DNA from: Blastocatellia bacterium
GTDB lineage: Bacteria > Acidobacteriota > Blastocatellia > HR10
Assembly (NCBI GenBank): GCA_025055075.1
Contig: JANWYV010000022.1
Location: forward strand, 3,120 to 67,119
Reading direction: 5' to 3'
Length of the DNA: 64,000 bases
Part shown: one piece after another, positions 36,197-48,389 of the stretch
Layout: each line of letters begins with the position of its first letter
Numbering within the stretch: the first letter of the stretch is position 1
Made by a program: the position numbers and the translations under genes
Notes under the pieces: generated by a model
Databases searched by the model: none
Told to the model about the DNA's origin: nothing
What the model saw: the letters and a program-made list of their open reading frames with translations, nothing else

Positions 36197-37533
36197 TCGT
36201 GGACGACGAAGAGGGAATTCGACAGTCGCTCGCCGCCATCCTCGAGGATGAGGGCTTCACCGTCGAGGCTGTCGAAAGCGGCGAAGCCTGTTTGGCAGCG
36301 TTCGAGCGTCGGCCGTACAGTTGCGTGCTTCTGGACATCTGGCTCCCTGGAATGGACGGGTTGGAGACACTGCGGAAGTTGCGCGAGGTGGCGCCCGATG
36401 CGGCCGTGGTGATCATCTCCGGGCACGGGACGATTCAGATGGCCGTGCAGGCGACCAAGCTCGGCGCGTTCGATTTCCTGGAGAAGCCGCTCTCGCTGGA
36501 GCGGACGTTGCTCACGGTCAAGAATGCCATCGAGCAGAAGCGCTTGGAGCGAGAGGCGCGAGAGCTGCAGGAGCGTCTCGTGCGGGATTACGAGATGATC
36601 GGGGAGAGCGTCCCCATGCGGGCGCTCCGGCAGCAGATCGCTCTCGTGGGGCCGACGGACGGGCGCGTGCTCATCTATGGAGAATCCGGCACGGGGAAGG
36701 AGTTGGTCGCGCGCGCGCTGCATGCCGCCTCGCGGCGCGTCGGGAAACCGTTCGTCGAGGTCAATTGTTCGGCCATTCCCGAAGAGTTGGTGGAATCCGA
36801 ATTGTTCGGACACGTCAAAGGGGCGTTCACCGGCGCGACGACGGCGCGCCGGGGGAAGTTCGAGTTGGCCGATGGCGCCACGCTCTTTCTGGATGAGATC
36901 GGCGACATGAGCCTTCGCACGCAAGCGAAGATTCTGCGCGTGCTCGAAGAGGGACGGATTCAACCGCTCGGCAGCAATGTGTGGATTGACGTGGACGTGC
37001 GCGTCATCGCGGCAACGAACAAAAACCTGCAGCGGCTCATCGAGCGCGGCGAATTTCGCGACGACCTCTTCTATCGGTTGAACGTCATCCCCTTCGTCGT
37101 CCCTCCGCTGCGTGAGCGCGTGGAGGATATTCCGCTGCTTGTGGAGCATTTCAATCGGAAATTCTCCCGCGCCTATATGCGCACGCCGAAGGAGTTCACG
37201 CCGGCGGCCATCGCCCGACTGCAGGAATATCACTGGCCGGGAAACGTGCGCGAACTGCGGAACATCGTCGAACGCATCGTCATCATGTGGGCGCGCCCAG
37301 TCGTGGACGCCGACGATCTCCCTCCCCTGCTCGGCGATCCTCTGGCGTTCGCCGAGCGCGCCGAGTATAAGACCTTTCAAGAAGCTGTTGAGGCCTTCGA
37401 GCGCCAATACATCTTGCAGAAGCTCGCCGAACATCATGGCAACGTCACGCGCGCGGCTGAAGCTATGGGAATGGATCGCAGCCATCTCTATCGGCGCATG
37501 CGCGCGCTCGGCATCTCGCCCCCAAGATCATGA
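36178..37533 (+). CDS. ntrX: NtrX-like sigma54-dependent response regulator
   Basis: IVDDE, LLDIW, GESGTGKE, GAFTGA, FLDEI, WPGNVREL, Fis-type HTH. Confidence 0.93.
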   Translation: MAHSILIVDDEEGIRQSLAAILEDEGFTVEAVESGEACLAAFERRPYSCVLLDIWLPGMDGLETLRKLREVAPDAAVVIISGHGTIQMAVQATKLGAFDFLEKPLSLERTLLTVKNAIEQKRLEREARELQERLVRDYEMIGESVPMRALRQQIALVGPTDGRVLIYGESGTGKELVARALHAASRRVGKPFVEVNCSAIPEELVESELFGHVKGAFTGATTARRGKFELADGATLFLDEIGDMSLRTQAKILRVLEEGRIQPLGSNVWIDVDVRVIAATNKNLQRLIERGEFRDDLFYRLNVIPFVVPPLRERVEDIPLLVEHFNRKFSRAYMRTPKEFTPAAIARLQEYHWPGNVRELRNIVERIVIMWARPVVDADDLPPLLGDPLAFAERAEYKTFQEAVEAFERQYILQKLAEHHGNVTRAAEAMGMDRSHLYRRMRALGISPPRS

Positions 37534-37634
37534 ACATCTGTCGCGCCGTTCGCCTCGAAGCCGTTCGCCTTGCTCGCCGACGAGGGGGTTGGGTACTCTT
37601 TATCCGAAACATCTCGCGACGAAGAGGAGGACTT

Positions 37635-39128
37635 ATGAGGAAGACGGGCAAGATCGCAGGGCTTGTGGTGAGCTTGTGCCTCGCGTGGGGAGCCTCGCAG
37701 GCGTTGGCGCAAGGAGCAGGGACGCTCGTCATCACGTGCGTGGATGCGGCGGGTCAGCCGCTCAAGGACGTGAACGTCACGGTGATGAGCTTGCAGGTGC
37801 AGAGGGTCCTGGAGGCCAAGAGCGATAAAGAGGGAAAGGCCGTTTTCAAGAAGCTCGATCCGGGCGTGTATCGTGTGATCGGACGACGCAAGGGATACGA
37901 CCCGGTCTCTCGCGAACCGCTCACCGTGATCGCAGAGAAGGAGACGGCCGTGACCCTGCACTTTCAAGCGGGCGAGATGACCAAGAGGCTCTACTTCGAG
38001 GACCCGGCACTCATTCAGCAAGCGAATCAGCTCTTGCAAGAGGGCTTCCAGGCCCTGCAGCAGCAACGTTTTTCCGAGGCCGCCGAGAAGTTGGAACGAC
38101 TGCTCCAAATCGCTCCGGGGAATGCCGAAGCGCGATTCTTCTACGGTGTGGCGCTCGCGCAACAGCGAAAGTGGGATGAAGGCGAGCGACAGATCCGCAT
38201 GGCCGTCGAGATGAATCCCAACGAGGCCCGGTATCGGGAGGTGATGGAGCGACTGCCGGAATTCCGCAAACGCGATGAGTTGCACGAGGCGGGGCAACGG
38301 GCGATGCAGAATCGCGATTTCAAGACGGCTATTGCCAAGTTCTCCGAGCTGCTCGCTTTGCAGCCGGAGAATACGGACGTCCGCTACAATCTCGCTCTCG
38401 CCTACGCCAATGATGGTCAGTACGACAAGGCCATCGAAGTCATTGACGAGGCGATTCGGCAGCGACCGCAAGAGGCGGAGTATCAGCGCTTGAAGAGCCA
38501 AATTCTCGAACACAAGGAATACGCCACGATTCAAAAGGCGAACGAGATCCTGGCCGAGGGCGATCAACTGCTGCGCGATGGAAAGTATCAGGAGGCGTTG
38601 CAAAAGTACGAGGCGGCGCGCCAGATGATCTCGCGCGAGGAGCCTTCGATCTGGTTCGCCATGGGCCGATGCTATGTCGGCCTGCAGCAGACGGACAAGG
38701 CCATCGCCGCCTATCGCAAGGCCATCGAGCTGAACCCGCGCAAGCCGGAATACCATCAAGCGCTCGCGCTGCTCTATTTGAACGAGGGGCGCTTGTCCGA
38801 CGCCATTCGCGCGTACACGGAGGCCTACACGCAATTGGGCGAGCCCGTGGATGAGCGCCTCTTCGAGTTGGGCCAACGACTCGTTCAAGAGAACAAGCTC
38901 GAGATGGCCGCTCAAGTCTTCGAGCGCGTGCTCGAGCTGAATCCGAACCACGCCGAGAGCTACTACGAATTGGGCGTCTACAACTTCTACAACGCCGACA
39001 AGGGGCGGGCGCGGGTGCTCCTGACCAAGTACGTCGAAATTGGGAAGGATCCCAAGCATCTGGAGGACGCTAAGAACATCCTCGCCGTGATGGAACGCCA
39101 GACGCGGCCGCGACCTCGACGGCGATGA
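37635..39128 (+). CDS. Exported TPR protein with an N-terminal carboxypeptidase-regulatory-like domain
   Basis: Signal peptide, beta-sandwich then TPRs; AGGAGG RBS. Confidence 0.85.
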   Translation: MRKTGKIAGLVVSLCLAWGASQALAQGAGTLVITCVDAAGQPLKDVNVTVMSLQVQRVLEAKSDKEGKAVFKKLDPGVYRVIGRRKGYDPVSREPLTVIAEKETAVTLHFQAGEMTKRLYFEDPALIQQANQLLQEGFQALQQQRFSEAAEKLERLLQIAPGNAEARFFYGVALAQQRKWDEGERQIRMAVEMNPNEARYREVMERLPEFRKRDELHEAGQRAMQNRDFKTAIAKFSELLALQPENTDVRYNLALAYANDGQYDKAIEVIDEAIRQRPQEAEYQRLKSQILEHKEYATIQKANEILAEGDQLLRDGKYQEALQKYEAARQMISREEPSIWFAMGRCYVGLQQTDKAIAAYRKAIELNPRKPEYHQALALLYLNEGRLSDAIRAYTEAYTQLGEPVDERLFELGQRLVQENKLEMAAQVFERVLELNPNHAESYYELGVYNFYNADKGRARVLLTKYVEIGKDPKHLEDAKNILAVMERQTRPRPRRR

Positions 39129-39129
39129 T

Positions 39130-39984
39130 CTAGATCATCGGGAGAGGGCTATCCCGCGTTGGCGGGGGGAACACTTCATCCAGGGCTGCGAGGTCCTCAG
39201 GAGCGAGCGTCCAGCCGACAGCCTCGGCGTTCTCTCGAACGTGCTCGGGACGACTGGCTTTCGGAATCGTGAACACGTTCGGTCGCCGTGTGAGGAAATT
39301 GAGCGCGACCTGATGCGGGGTCTTCCCATATTTCGCCCCGATCTCGGCGAGCACGCGTCCACCGCGGCTTCTCGGTGACGGGAAATCCCCGCTCCCGAAG
39401 GGAGAATATCCGACGATGGCGATGCCCTGTTGCTCGCAATAGGGGAGCAAGCGGTATTCGATGTGACGCGCCTTCAGGTGGTAACAGACTTGATCGCACA
39501 CGATCCGCTCGCGCGCCAGCGCGCGTTGAGCGCGTTCCAATTGCTCGACAGTGAAGTTGCTCACCCCGATGAAGCGGATCTTCCCAGCCGCCACCAAGTC
39601 CTCCATCGCGCGCATCGTCTCTTCGATCGGGTGACGATCGCTCCACCAGTGGACGAGATAGAGGTCGAGATAATCGGTGCGCAAGCGACGCAAGCTCTGC
39701 TCACAAGCCCGAATCGTTCCCTTGTATGAAGCATGTTCGGGATAGACTTTGCTCACGAGGAAGACTTCGTGACGGCGTCCCGCGATGGCTTTTCCGACCA
39801 ATTCCTCCGTGCGTCCGTTCCCATAGATCTCGGCCGTGTCAATGTGCGTGAGGCCGAGATCCAACCCCAAGCGCAAGGCTTCGATCTCCTCCCGCTCGCG
39901 CGCGGCGCGTTCGCCCATGCGCCATGTCCCTTGACCGATGATCGGAACCTGAACGCCCGTGCGATCCAGTTCGCGCGTGAGCAT
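39130..39984 (-). CDS. Aldo/keto reductase
   Basis: IGQGTW, IDTAEIYG, LVSKV, DLYLVHW, IGVSNF, IPKAS. Confidence 0.95.
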   Translation of the reverse strand: MLTRELDRTGVQVPIIGQGTWRMGERAAREREEIEALRLGLDLGLTHIDTAEIYGNGRTEELVGKAIAGRRHEVFLVSKVYPEHASYKGTIRACEQSLRRLRTDYLDLYLVHWWSDRHPIEETMRAMEDLVAAGKIRFIGVSNFTVEQLERAQRALARERIVCDQVCYHLKARHIEYRLLPYCEQQGIAIVGYSPFGSGDFPSPRSRGGRVLAEIGAKYGKTPHQVALNFLTRRPNVFTIPKASRPEHVRENAEAVGWTLAPEDLAALDEVFPPPTRDSPLPMI

Positions 39985-40004
39985 GGATCAGCCCTCGCGC
40001 GCGT

Positions 40005-40403
40005 TCACCACCAGCCCAATTGCAAGCGCGCCGTCTCGCTCATCCGATCCGGCGTCCACGGCGGATCCCACACGAGCTCCACACGAGCATCAGTCACGCC
40101 TTCGATGCCGCGTAGCTTCGCCTCGACCTCGAGGGGAAGCGAGAAGGCGACCGGACATCCTGGGGCCGTGAGCGTCATGCGCACGGTCACCGCCCCTTCG
40201 GGCGTGATCTCGATGTCGTAGATGAGGCCGAGATCGTAGATGTTGACCGGAATCTCCGGATCGTAACAGGTCCGCAGCACCGCGATGATCTTCTCCCGCA
40301 GCTCCGCTGTGGACGTTGCCGACGTGGCCGAATCCGCCGAAGCATTGGACTCCGCAGGCGTCGTCACCGGTTCCGATGGCGATGTCGGTCGAATCTCCTC
40401 CAT
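40005..40403 (-). CDS. sufT: Fe-S assembly protein, DUF59 family
   Basis: DPEIPVNIYDLGLIY, MTLTAPGCP, VWDPPW. Confidence 0.92.
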   Translation of the reverse strand: MEEIRPTSPSEPVTTPAESNASADSATSATSTAELREKIIAVLRTCYDPEIPVNIYDLGLIYDIEITPEGAVTVRMTLTAPGCPVAFSLPLEVEAKLRGIEGVTDARVELVWDPPWTPDRMSETARLQLGWW

Positions 40404-40425
40404 AGATCCCCTCCCTCCGGCGGTC

Positions 40426-40878
40426 TCATTCAGTTGAGACCGTCTCGGCCTTCTGTTCGAGAGCCGCGCGCAAGGTGTGCCACGCGAGCGTCGCGCATTT
40501 GACGCGAACAGGATATTTCCGCACGCCGGCGAAGATCGCGAGCTTCCCCAATTCGGGAGCTTCGGCGACGTCGGAATCTTTGCTCGTGAGCAATTCGTGG
40601 AAGCGTTCGAACAGCGCTTCCGCTTCCGCGCGCGTCTTGCCCTTGACGCTCTCGGTCATCATCGAAGCCGAAGCTTGCGAGACGGCGCATCCCTGGCCTT
40701 GAAAGCGAATCTCGGCGATCCGGTCCCCTTCCATCCGCAGGTAGACGACGACCTTGTCTCCACAGAGCGGGTTATGCCCGACGGCCGTATGATCGGCGTC
40801 TTCCAGGACACCGAAATTTCGCGGTCGCTTACTGTGATCGAGCAATACCTCTTGATAGAGATCGCGCAGATCGGTCAT
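40426..40878 (-). CDS. sufU: SUF system NifU-like protein
   Basis: [27 protein letters not shown]. Confidence 0.95.
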   Translation of the reverse strand: MTDLRDLYQEVLLDHSKRPRNFGVLEDADHTAVGHNPLCGDKVVVYLRMEGDRIAEIRFQGQGCAVSQASASMMTESVKGKTRAEAEALFERFHELLTSKDSDVAEAPELGKLAIFAGVRKYPVRVKCATLAWHTLRAALEQKAETVSTE

Positions 40879-42131
40879 AGCCCGAACACCTCCCGCGCCT
40901 TCTCCAAAGCCCTCACCAACGCGTCCACTTCCTCCCTCGTGTTGTAGAGGGCGAAAGAGGCGCGCGCCGTCGCCGGCACGCCGAAGCGCTCCATGACCGG
41001 TTGCGCGCAGTGATGACCCGCCCGAATGGCGATCCCTTCTTGATCCAAGATCGTCCCGATGTCGTGAGGATGGATGCCTTCGAGTGTGAATGAAAGGATG
41101 CTCGCTTTTTCACGTGCAGTGCCAATGAGGCGCACCCCCGGGATCCCTGAGATGGCTTCCGTGGCATATGTGAGCAAATCGCGCTCATGAGCCGCGATGG
41201 CCTCCAGGCCGAGCGCCGTCACATATTCGATCGCGGCGCCCAGACCAATGGCGCCTGCGATGTGCGGCGTCCCCGCCTCGAACTTGTAGGGCAGCCGATT
41301 GTAGGTCGTTCTCTCGAACGTCACCGAACTGATCATATCCCCCCCGCCCTGATACGGGGGCATCGCCTCCAGCCATTCCGCCTTCCCGTAGAGGACGCCG
41401 ATTCCCGTCGGCCCATAGAGCTTGTGCCCGGAGAACGCATAGAAGTCGCAATCGAGCTCCTGCACGTCCACTTTCAGATGGGCGACGGCTTGCGCGCCAT
41501 CGAGCAAAACTGGGATGCCCCGTTCATGGGCGAGTCGGATGATCTCCCGAACGGGAACGATCGTCCCCAGGGCATTCGACAAGTGCGTGATGGCGACGAG
41601 CCGCGTGCGTGGATTCAGAAGTCGCTCGAATTCCTCCAGCAGCAGTTCTCCCGCATCGTTGATCGGAGCGACGCGAAGCCGCGCGCCCGTCTCCTCACAG
41701 AGGATCTGCCACGGCACGATGTTCGAGTGATGTTCCATGGCCGAGATGAGGATCTCATCGCCCGCTCGCACGTATCGCCGGCCGAAGCTATGGGCCACCA
41801 GATTGATCGCTTCAGTTGTCCCTCGGACGAAGACGATCTCCTGCTCGGATCGGGCGTTGAGGAATCGTCGGACGCTCTCCCGCGCGCGCTCATAAGCTTC
41901 GGTCGCTCGTTGACTCAACGTGTGCACGCCCCGATGCACATTCGAGCAGTCCTCTTCGTAGAAGCGTCGCACCGCTTCTAGAACCTGGCGCGGCTTCTGC
42001 GTCGTGGCCGCGTTATCCAAATAAACGAGGGGTTTTCCGTTCACCTGCTGCCACAAGGCTGGGAAATCCTCTCGAACATGCCTCACATCAAAAGACGTCG
42101 TGGACGAACAGGCCGGATTCACAGCGTTCAT
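40875..42131 (-). CDS. sufS: Cysteine desulfurase
   Basis: [30 protein letters not shown]. Confidence 0.97.
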   Translation of the reverse strand: MNAVNPACSSTTSFDVRHVREDFPALWQQVNGKPLVYLDNAATTQKPRQVLEAVRRFYEEDCSNVHRGVHTLSQRATEAYERARESVRRFLNARSEQEIVFVRGTTEAINLVAHSFGRRYVRAGDEILISAMEHHSNIVPWQILCEETGARLRVAPINDAGELLLEEFERLLNPRTRLVAITHLSNALGTIVPVREIIRLAHERGIPVLLDGAQAVAHLKVDVQELDCDFYAFSGHKLYGPTGIGVLYGKAEWLEAMPPYQGGGDMISSVTFERTTYNRLPYKFEAGTPHIAGAIGLGAAIEYVTALGLEAIAAHERDLLTYATEAISGIPGVRLIGTAREKASILSFTLEGIHPHDIGTILDQEGIAIRAGHHCAQPVMERFGVPATARASFALYNTREEVDALVRALEKAREVFGL

Positions 42132-43477
42132 AGCAACTCCTTGAGCTTCTCTCCTTCGGGCCACTCCGTCAAGACCCATTCCCCGACAGAGCGCCGCAAG
42201 GGACCAAAGGCGATCGTATTGAGGATGTCCGAGGCGAACGCATACGTGAGCATCTCGCGCGCCGTCTCCGCGTCCAAGCCGCGCGAGCGGCAATAGAAGA
42301 GCGCATCTTCGTCCAGATGCCCGGTGGTCGCGCCATGACTGCACTTCACATCATCGGCGAGGATCTGCAGGCGCGGATTCGTGTTGACCAACGCTTCGGT
42401 CGAGAGCAGCAAGTTCTTGTTCACTTGTCGGGCGTCGGTCTTCTGCGCCCCCGGGCGCACGACGATCGTCCCATCGAAGACCCCACGAGCTTCGTCGTCG
42501 AGGATGCCTTTGTAGAATTCACGGCTCGTGCCGTGTGGCGCCACATGCTCGATCACCGTATGGTGATCCACGAGCTGTTGGCCCCGCGCCCAGTAAAAGC
42601 CGTTCAACGTGCATTCGGCGCCTTCGCCTTTCAAGAGCGCCACGATGTCCGTCCGCGCCAACGCTCCTCCGAGTGCGATGGAGAAATCGAGGACCGTCGC
42701 CGTGCGTTCTTCCGTGATGCCCACGCTCGCGATGTGGAAGGCCGCGGAGCTTTCGCGCTGCACCTTATAATGCTGCACGATGGCGTTCTCCCCTGCCCAG
42801 ATCTCCGTGACGGCGTTGGTGAAGTACTGGCCATCGCCGAGACTCACATAGCTCTCGATGATCGTCGCTTGGCTATTTTCCTCGGCGAGGATCACATTCC
42901 GAGGATGGGTGACTATGGGCGCTCCCTCGTCGAGGGCGAGGAAAAGGAGATGAATAGGCGTCTCCACAATGGCACCTCGCGGGATTCGCACGAACGCCCC
43001 ATCAGTGAGGAAAGCCGCGTTCAGCGCGGCGAAGGCATTCGTCGTCCTTTCCTCCAGACTGGCCAAATAGGGCTTCACAAGATCCGGTTCCTCGCGAAGG
43101 AGCGCGCGGATTCCCCGCGCGAGGAGTCTCGGCGGATGATCGCCGGCCGGAATCTCTCCCACAAAATGTCCGTTCACGAAGACGAGATGATGCGCCATCC
43201 ATTCCCGATAAGGGGCGAGCCACTCCTCCAGGAGTGAGCGTTCTGATCGGGCGACGGCCAATTGAAACGGGACGCGCAGCATAGGCGCAAGGTTCGTGAA
43301 GCGCCATTCCTCTTGGCGCGTCGTCGGGAATCCCAAGGCCTCGAAGCGAGCAAAAGCCGCTTCTCGACGAGCCCGCAGCCATGCCGGCTCTTGCTGACGA
43401 ACGATTTCGTTCCATTCCGCGAAATGGGCCCGATATAGCGTCTTCTCTTCGCTTCGACCGAACATCGCGTCGTTCAT
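42128..43477 (-). CDS. sufD: Fe-S cluster assembly protein SufD
   Basis: EEWRFT, AQKTDA.Q...[19 protein letters not shown]. Confidence 0.95.
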   Translation of the reverse strand: MNDAMFGRSEEKTLYRAHFAEWNEIVRQQEPAWLRARREAAFARFEALGFPTTRQEEWRFTNLAPMLRVPFQLAVARSERSLLEEWLAPYREWMAHHLVFVNGHFVGEIPAGDHPPRLLARGIRALLREEPDLVKPYLASLEERTTNAFAALNAAFLTDGAFVRIPRGAIVETPIHLLFLALDEGAPIVTHPRNVILAEENSQATIIESYVSLGDGQYFTNAVTEIWAGENAIVQHYKVQRESSAAFHIASVGITEERTATVLDFSIALGGALARTDIVALLKGEGAECTLNGFYWARGQQLVDHHTVIEHVAPHGTSREFYKGILDDEARGVFDGTIVVRPGAQKTDARQVNKNLLLSTEALVNTNPRLQILADDVKCSHGATTGHLDEDALFYCRSRGLDAETAREMLTYAFASDILNTIAFGPLRRSVGEWVLTEWPEGEKLKELL

Positions 43478-44249
43478 GAGCGCAGCGAGCCGATGATCTC
43501 TTCGGCGATCCATCCGTAGCCTTTCTCTTCCAGCTCCAGGGCCAGCTCCTTCCCCCCCGATTTCACGATGCGGCCATCGTAGAGGACGTGCACGACATCC
43601 GGGGTGACGTAGTTGAGCAGCCGCTGATAGTGAGTGATGAGGACGATGGCGCGATCCGGATGGCGCAGGGCATTGATCCCCTGCGCGACGATGCGAAGGG
43701 CGTCAATGTCCAGACCCGAATCCGTCTCATCCAAGATGGCGAGCCTCGGCTCCAGCAGCGCCATTTGGAAGATCTCGTTCCGCTTCTTCTCCCCACCGGA
43801 GAAGCCATCGTTCACCGCCCGCTGCAGCAGGTTCTCGTCCAGCTCGACAAGCTTCGCCTTCTCGCGAGCGAGCGTGAGAAATTCCATGGCGTCCAGCTCC
43901 GGCAACCCCCGCTGCTTGCGGATGGTGTTCACGGCGGCTTTGAGGAAGTAGAGGTTGCTCACGCCCGGGATCTCGACCGGATATTGAAAGGCGAGGAAGA
44001 TCCCTCGGCGCGCCCGTTCCTCCGGGGGCATCAGCAAGAGGTCCTCCCCGTCGTAGAGGACTTCCCCTTCGACGATCTCATAGATCTCGCGTCCGGCTAA
44101 TACCTGAGCGAGAGTGCTCTTGCCAGAGCCATTGGGCCCCATGATCGAATGGACCTCTCCCGGATATACGGTCAGCGCGATCCCCTTGAGGATCTCCTGC
44201 CCGTCCACGCGAACGCGAAGGTTCCGAATCTCCAAAAGTGGTCGCTTGC

Positions 44250-44253
<4 letters not shown>
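43474..44253 (-). CDS. sufC: Fe-S cluster assembly ATPase SufC
   Basis: [42 protein letters not shown]. Confidence 0.98.
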
Positions 44254-45701
<1,448 letters not shown>

Positions 45702-45752
45702 AGCCACCTCCTGGAATCCTCACTAAAAAGTCATCATTGCGCGCAAAAAACC

Positions 45753-46220
45753 TCACACGGCGATGAAGCTCGATCGGCCCGTCTCCAAGAGATCGCGCTC
45801 GACCTTTTGCTCATCGTGGAGCAAGGCCGAGAGAGGGATACGATCGAGCATGCTTTGAATGTAAAATGCCACGCGCCAGAGTGGTCGAATCCCACAATTG
45901 TTCACGTGGACGCAATAGTCCAAATTCCCCGTGAACTGATTGCAGATCTCGGCGTCGGAAACGAACCCGCCGAGCGCGCGGATGATCTCCCCGAGCGAGA
46001 TCTCCTGTGGCGAGCGACTCAAGCAATAACCACCACTTTGTCCACGCACGCTGCGGGTCAGACCGGCGCGACTGAGCAGATGCAGGAGCTTCTCCACATA
46101 AGCCGTCGAAAGCCCTTCACGCCGGGCGATCTCCCGAACGGTCAACGGTTCCCCTTCCGGCTGCAACGCCAGTTGCAGCAGGCAGCGAAGGCCATATTCC
46201 TCTTGCGCCGTAATCCGCAT
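45753..46220 (-). CDS. Rrf2-family (IscR/SufR-like) regulator
   Basis: EEYGLR, SVRG..GGY.L; three C-terminal Cys (C-x8-C-x5-C); first gene of the suf operon. Confidence 0.9.
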   Translation of the reverse strand: MRITAQEEYGLRCLLQLALQPEGEPLTVREIARREGLSTAYVEKLLHLLSRAGLTRSVRGQSGGYCLSRSPQEISLGEIIRALGGFVSDAEICNQFTGNLDYCVHVNNCGIRPLWRVAFYIQSMLDRIPLSALLHDEQKVERDLLETGRSSFIAV

Positions 46221-46247
46221 CGCCCCCTCCAAGAACGACCACGCTCA

Positions 46248-46280
46248 AGTCTGGCAAAACCTGACTAATTTGTCAAGTTT
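46248..46280 (-). promoter_or_regulatory. suf promoter overlapped by an Rrf2-type palindrome
   Basis: Minus strand TTGACA(46276-46271)-17 nt-CAGACT with TG; palindrome AAACTTGAC-aaatta-GTCAGGTTT. Confidence 0.7.
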
Positions 46281-46419
46281 CGCCGACCGTCTTTCCCCGT
46301 GATCGCCAGGACGGCCCTCCGAGGTCGGGCGTCCCCATGTCATTCGTGTGCTTGTTTTCCCGGGGAGTCGCCGATAAGATTAATGCTTTCGCGCGGTGCG
46401 GATACCGCGCGGTCGTGTA

Positions 46420-47181
46420 ATGATCTACGAACGCGTTACGGAGGAACTCAAGGAGCGATTTCGCGAAGCGTGGGCAGTCGCCGTGCTGACGGGGGCAGGA
46501 GTTTCAGCGGAAAGCGGTGTGCCGACGTTTCGCGGTGGCGGAGGGGCGCCCGTGTGGAAGGGGCTGCCGGTAGAGAAGATTGCGACCCCAGAGATGCTTC
46601 GCGCGGATCCGGTCACGTTCTGGGAATGGTATGCCTATCGTCGGGAAGTGATCGAACGGGCTGAGCCCAATCCGGCGCATCGAGCGATCGCCGCTTGGGA
46701 GCGACATTTCGAGCGGCTCACGGTGATCACGCAGAACGTGGATGGATTGCATCAACGAGCGGGAAGTCACAACGTGCTGGAATTGCACGGCAGTCTCTGG
46801 CGGGTTCGCTGCATGCGGTGTGACTTGAAGGCGGAAGATCGTCGTGTGCCGCTTCCGGAGATCCCGCCGCGCTGTTCGGCGTGCGGGGGGCTCTTGCGGC
46901 CTGATGTCGTCTTGTTCGGAGAGGCTGTGCCGGAGGCGATCTTCGCACAAGCGGTAGCGGCGACGGCGACGTGCGACCTTTTCCTCGTCGTTGGGACCTC
47001 GGCCGTGGTTTATCCGGCAGCCGCGCTCCCTGTGCTCGCCCAGCAGAATCGCGCGTTGGTGATCGAGGTGAACCCGGAGACGACGCCGATCACGGAGATC
47101 GCGGATATCACGATCCTCGGTCGAGCAGGAGAGGTCTTGCCGTTGCTCTCTCCGTCAGAAGGTGGAGTGGAGGACGAGTGA
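46420..47181 (+). CDS. cobB: NAD-dependent protein deacylase (sirtuin)
   Basis: TGAGVSAESGVPTFR, TQNVDGLH, HGS, two CxxC, RPDVVLFGE, GTS..VYPA. Confidence 0.96.
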   Translation: MIYERVTEELKERFREAWAVAVLTGAGVSAESGVPTFRGGGGAPVWKGLPVEKIATPEMLRADPVTFWEWYAYRREVIERAEPNPAHRAIAAWERHFERLTVITQNVDGLHQRAGSHNVLELHGSLWRVRCMRCDLKAEDRRVPLPEIPPRCSACGGLLRPDVVLFGEAVPEAIFAQAVAATATCDLFLVVGTSAVVYPAAALPVLAQQNRALVIEVNPETTPITEIADITILGRAGEVLPLLSPSEGGVEDE

Positions 47182-48389
47182 TGGGGCGCACGCTCTACTT
47201 CGACTGTTTCGCGGGAGCGAGCGGCGACATGATCTTGGGGGCGCTGCTCGACCTCGGTCTGGATTTCGACGCGCTCAGAAGCGAATTAGCGAAGCTGCCG
47301 CTTCGCGGATATGAATTGCGGCGGAGCGAAGTTCGCCGCGCGCACCTGCGGGGTACGAAATTCGATGTGTGGATCGAGGGAGAGGATCATGCGCACGCTC
47401 ACGGGGCGGGACATCCGCATCGGCGGCTTGAGGAGATCGTGCAAATCATTCGAGCGTCAGAACTCTCGGAGAGGGTGAAGAGACGAGCGGAGGAGGTCTT
47501 CCACCGATTGGCGCAGGCCGAGGCGCGGGCGCACGGATGTGCCGTCGAGGAGGTCACCTTTCACGAAGTGGGTGCCGTGGATTCGATCGTGGATATCGTG
47601 GGCGCGTGCGTGGGGTTCGAGCTATTGGGGATCGAGCGATTTCTCGCGTCGCCGGTTCACTTGGGGCGAGGATTCCTCGGATGCGCGCATGGGCGATATC
47701 CGGTTCCAGTTCCAGCGACGGCAGAGTTACTCAAAGGGGCGCGCGTGTACACGAGCGACATTGAGGCGGAGCTGGTGACGCCGACAGGAGCGGCGCTGCT
47801 GGCGACGTTTTGCGAGGACTTCGGGCCGATGCCGGAGATGCGTCTGGAGGGGATCGGCTATGGAGCAGGAACCCGGGATTTCCCCGATTTTCCGAATCTC
47901 CTGCGGGTGATGCTTGGGGAGACGCGTGCGGCGTCGGGACGGGAGCGCTTACTCATGCTCGAAACCAACTTGGACGATGCCAGCCCGCAGATCCTCGGCC
48001 ACGTCGTGGAGCGAGCGTTGCAGGCAGGGGCGCTCGAGGCCTTCGCCGTTCCTGTCGTGATGAAGAAAGGGAGATTGGGGACGCTGCTCACCCTCCTGTG
48101 TCGGCCCGAGGATCGAGAGGCGCTCTTGACGCTCCTTTTTCGCGAGACGCCGACGCTCGGCGTGCGCTTCTATGAGGTTGAGCGGCGCGCGTTGGCCCGC
48201 GAGGTGGTCTCGGTGGAGACGCCGTATGGGCCGATCCCGGTGAAGGTCGCCACCTTGGACGGTGAGATCGTGAACGCGGCCCCGGAGTTCGATGTCTGTC
48301 GGCAGGCAGCCGAGCGCCATCGGGTGCCGGTGCGAGAAGTCATGCTGGCGGCGCTTGTGGCATTTCGGCGCCGCGACAGGGAGGGGTGA
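47181..48389 (+). CDS. larC: Nickel pincer cofactor nickel insertase
   Basis: DCFAGASGDM.LGAL, His-rich linker, FHEVGAVDSIVDI, ELVTPTGA, ETNLDD, MKKGR, PEFD. Confidence 0.93.
   Translation: MGRTLYFDCFAGASGDMILGALLDLGLDFDALRSELAKLPLRGYELRRSEVRRAHLRGTKFDVWIEGEDHAHAHGAGHPHRRLEEIVQIIRASELSERVKRRAEEVFHRLAQAEARAHGCAVEEVTFHEVGAVDSIVDIVGACVGFELLGIERFLASPVHLGRGFLGCAHGRYPVPVPATAELLKGARVYTSDIEAELVTPTGAALLATFCEDFGPMPEMRLEGIGYGAGTRDFPDFPNLLRVMLGETRAASGRERLLMLETNLDDASPQILGHVVERALQAGALEAFAVPVVMKKGRLGTLLTLLCRPEDREALLTLLFRETPTLGVRFYEVERRALAREVVSVETPYGPIPVKVATLDGEIVNAAPEFDVCRQAAERHRVPVREVMLAALVAFRRRDREG

Noticed and set aside
47181..48389. Programmed frameshift in larC, as in Lactobacillus larC1/C2
   Set aside because: The gene is a single continuous frame here.
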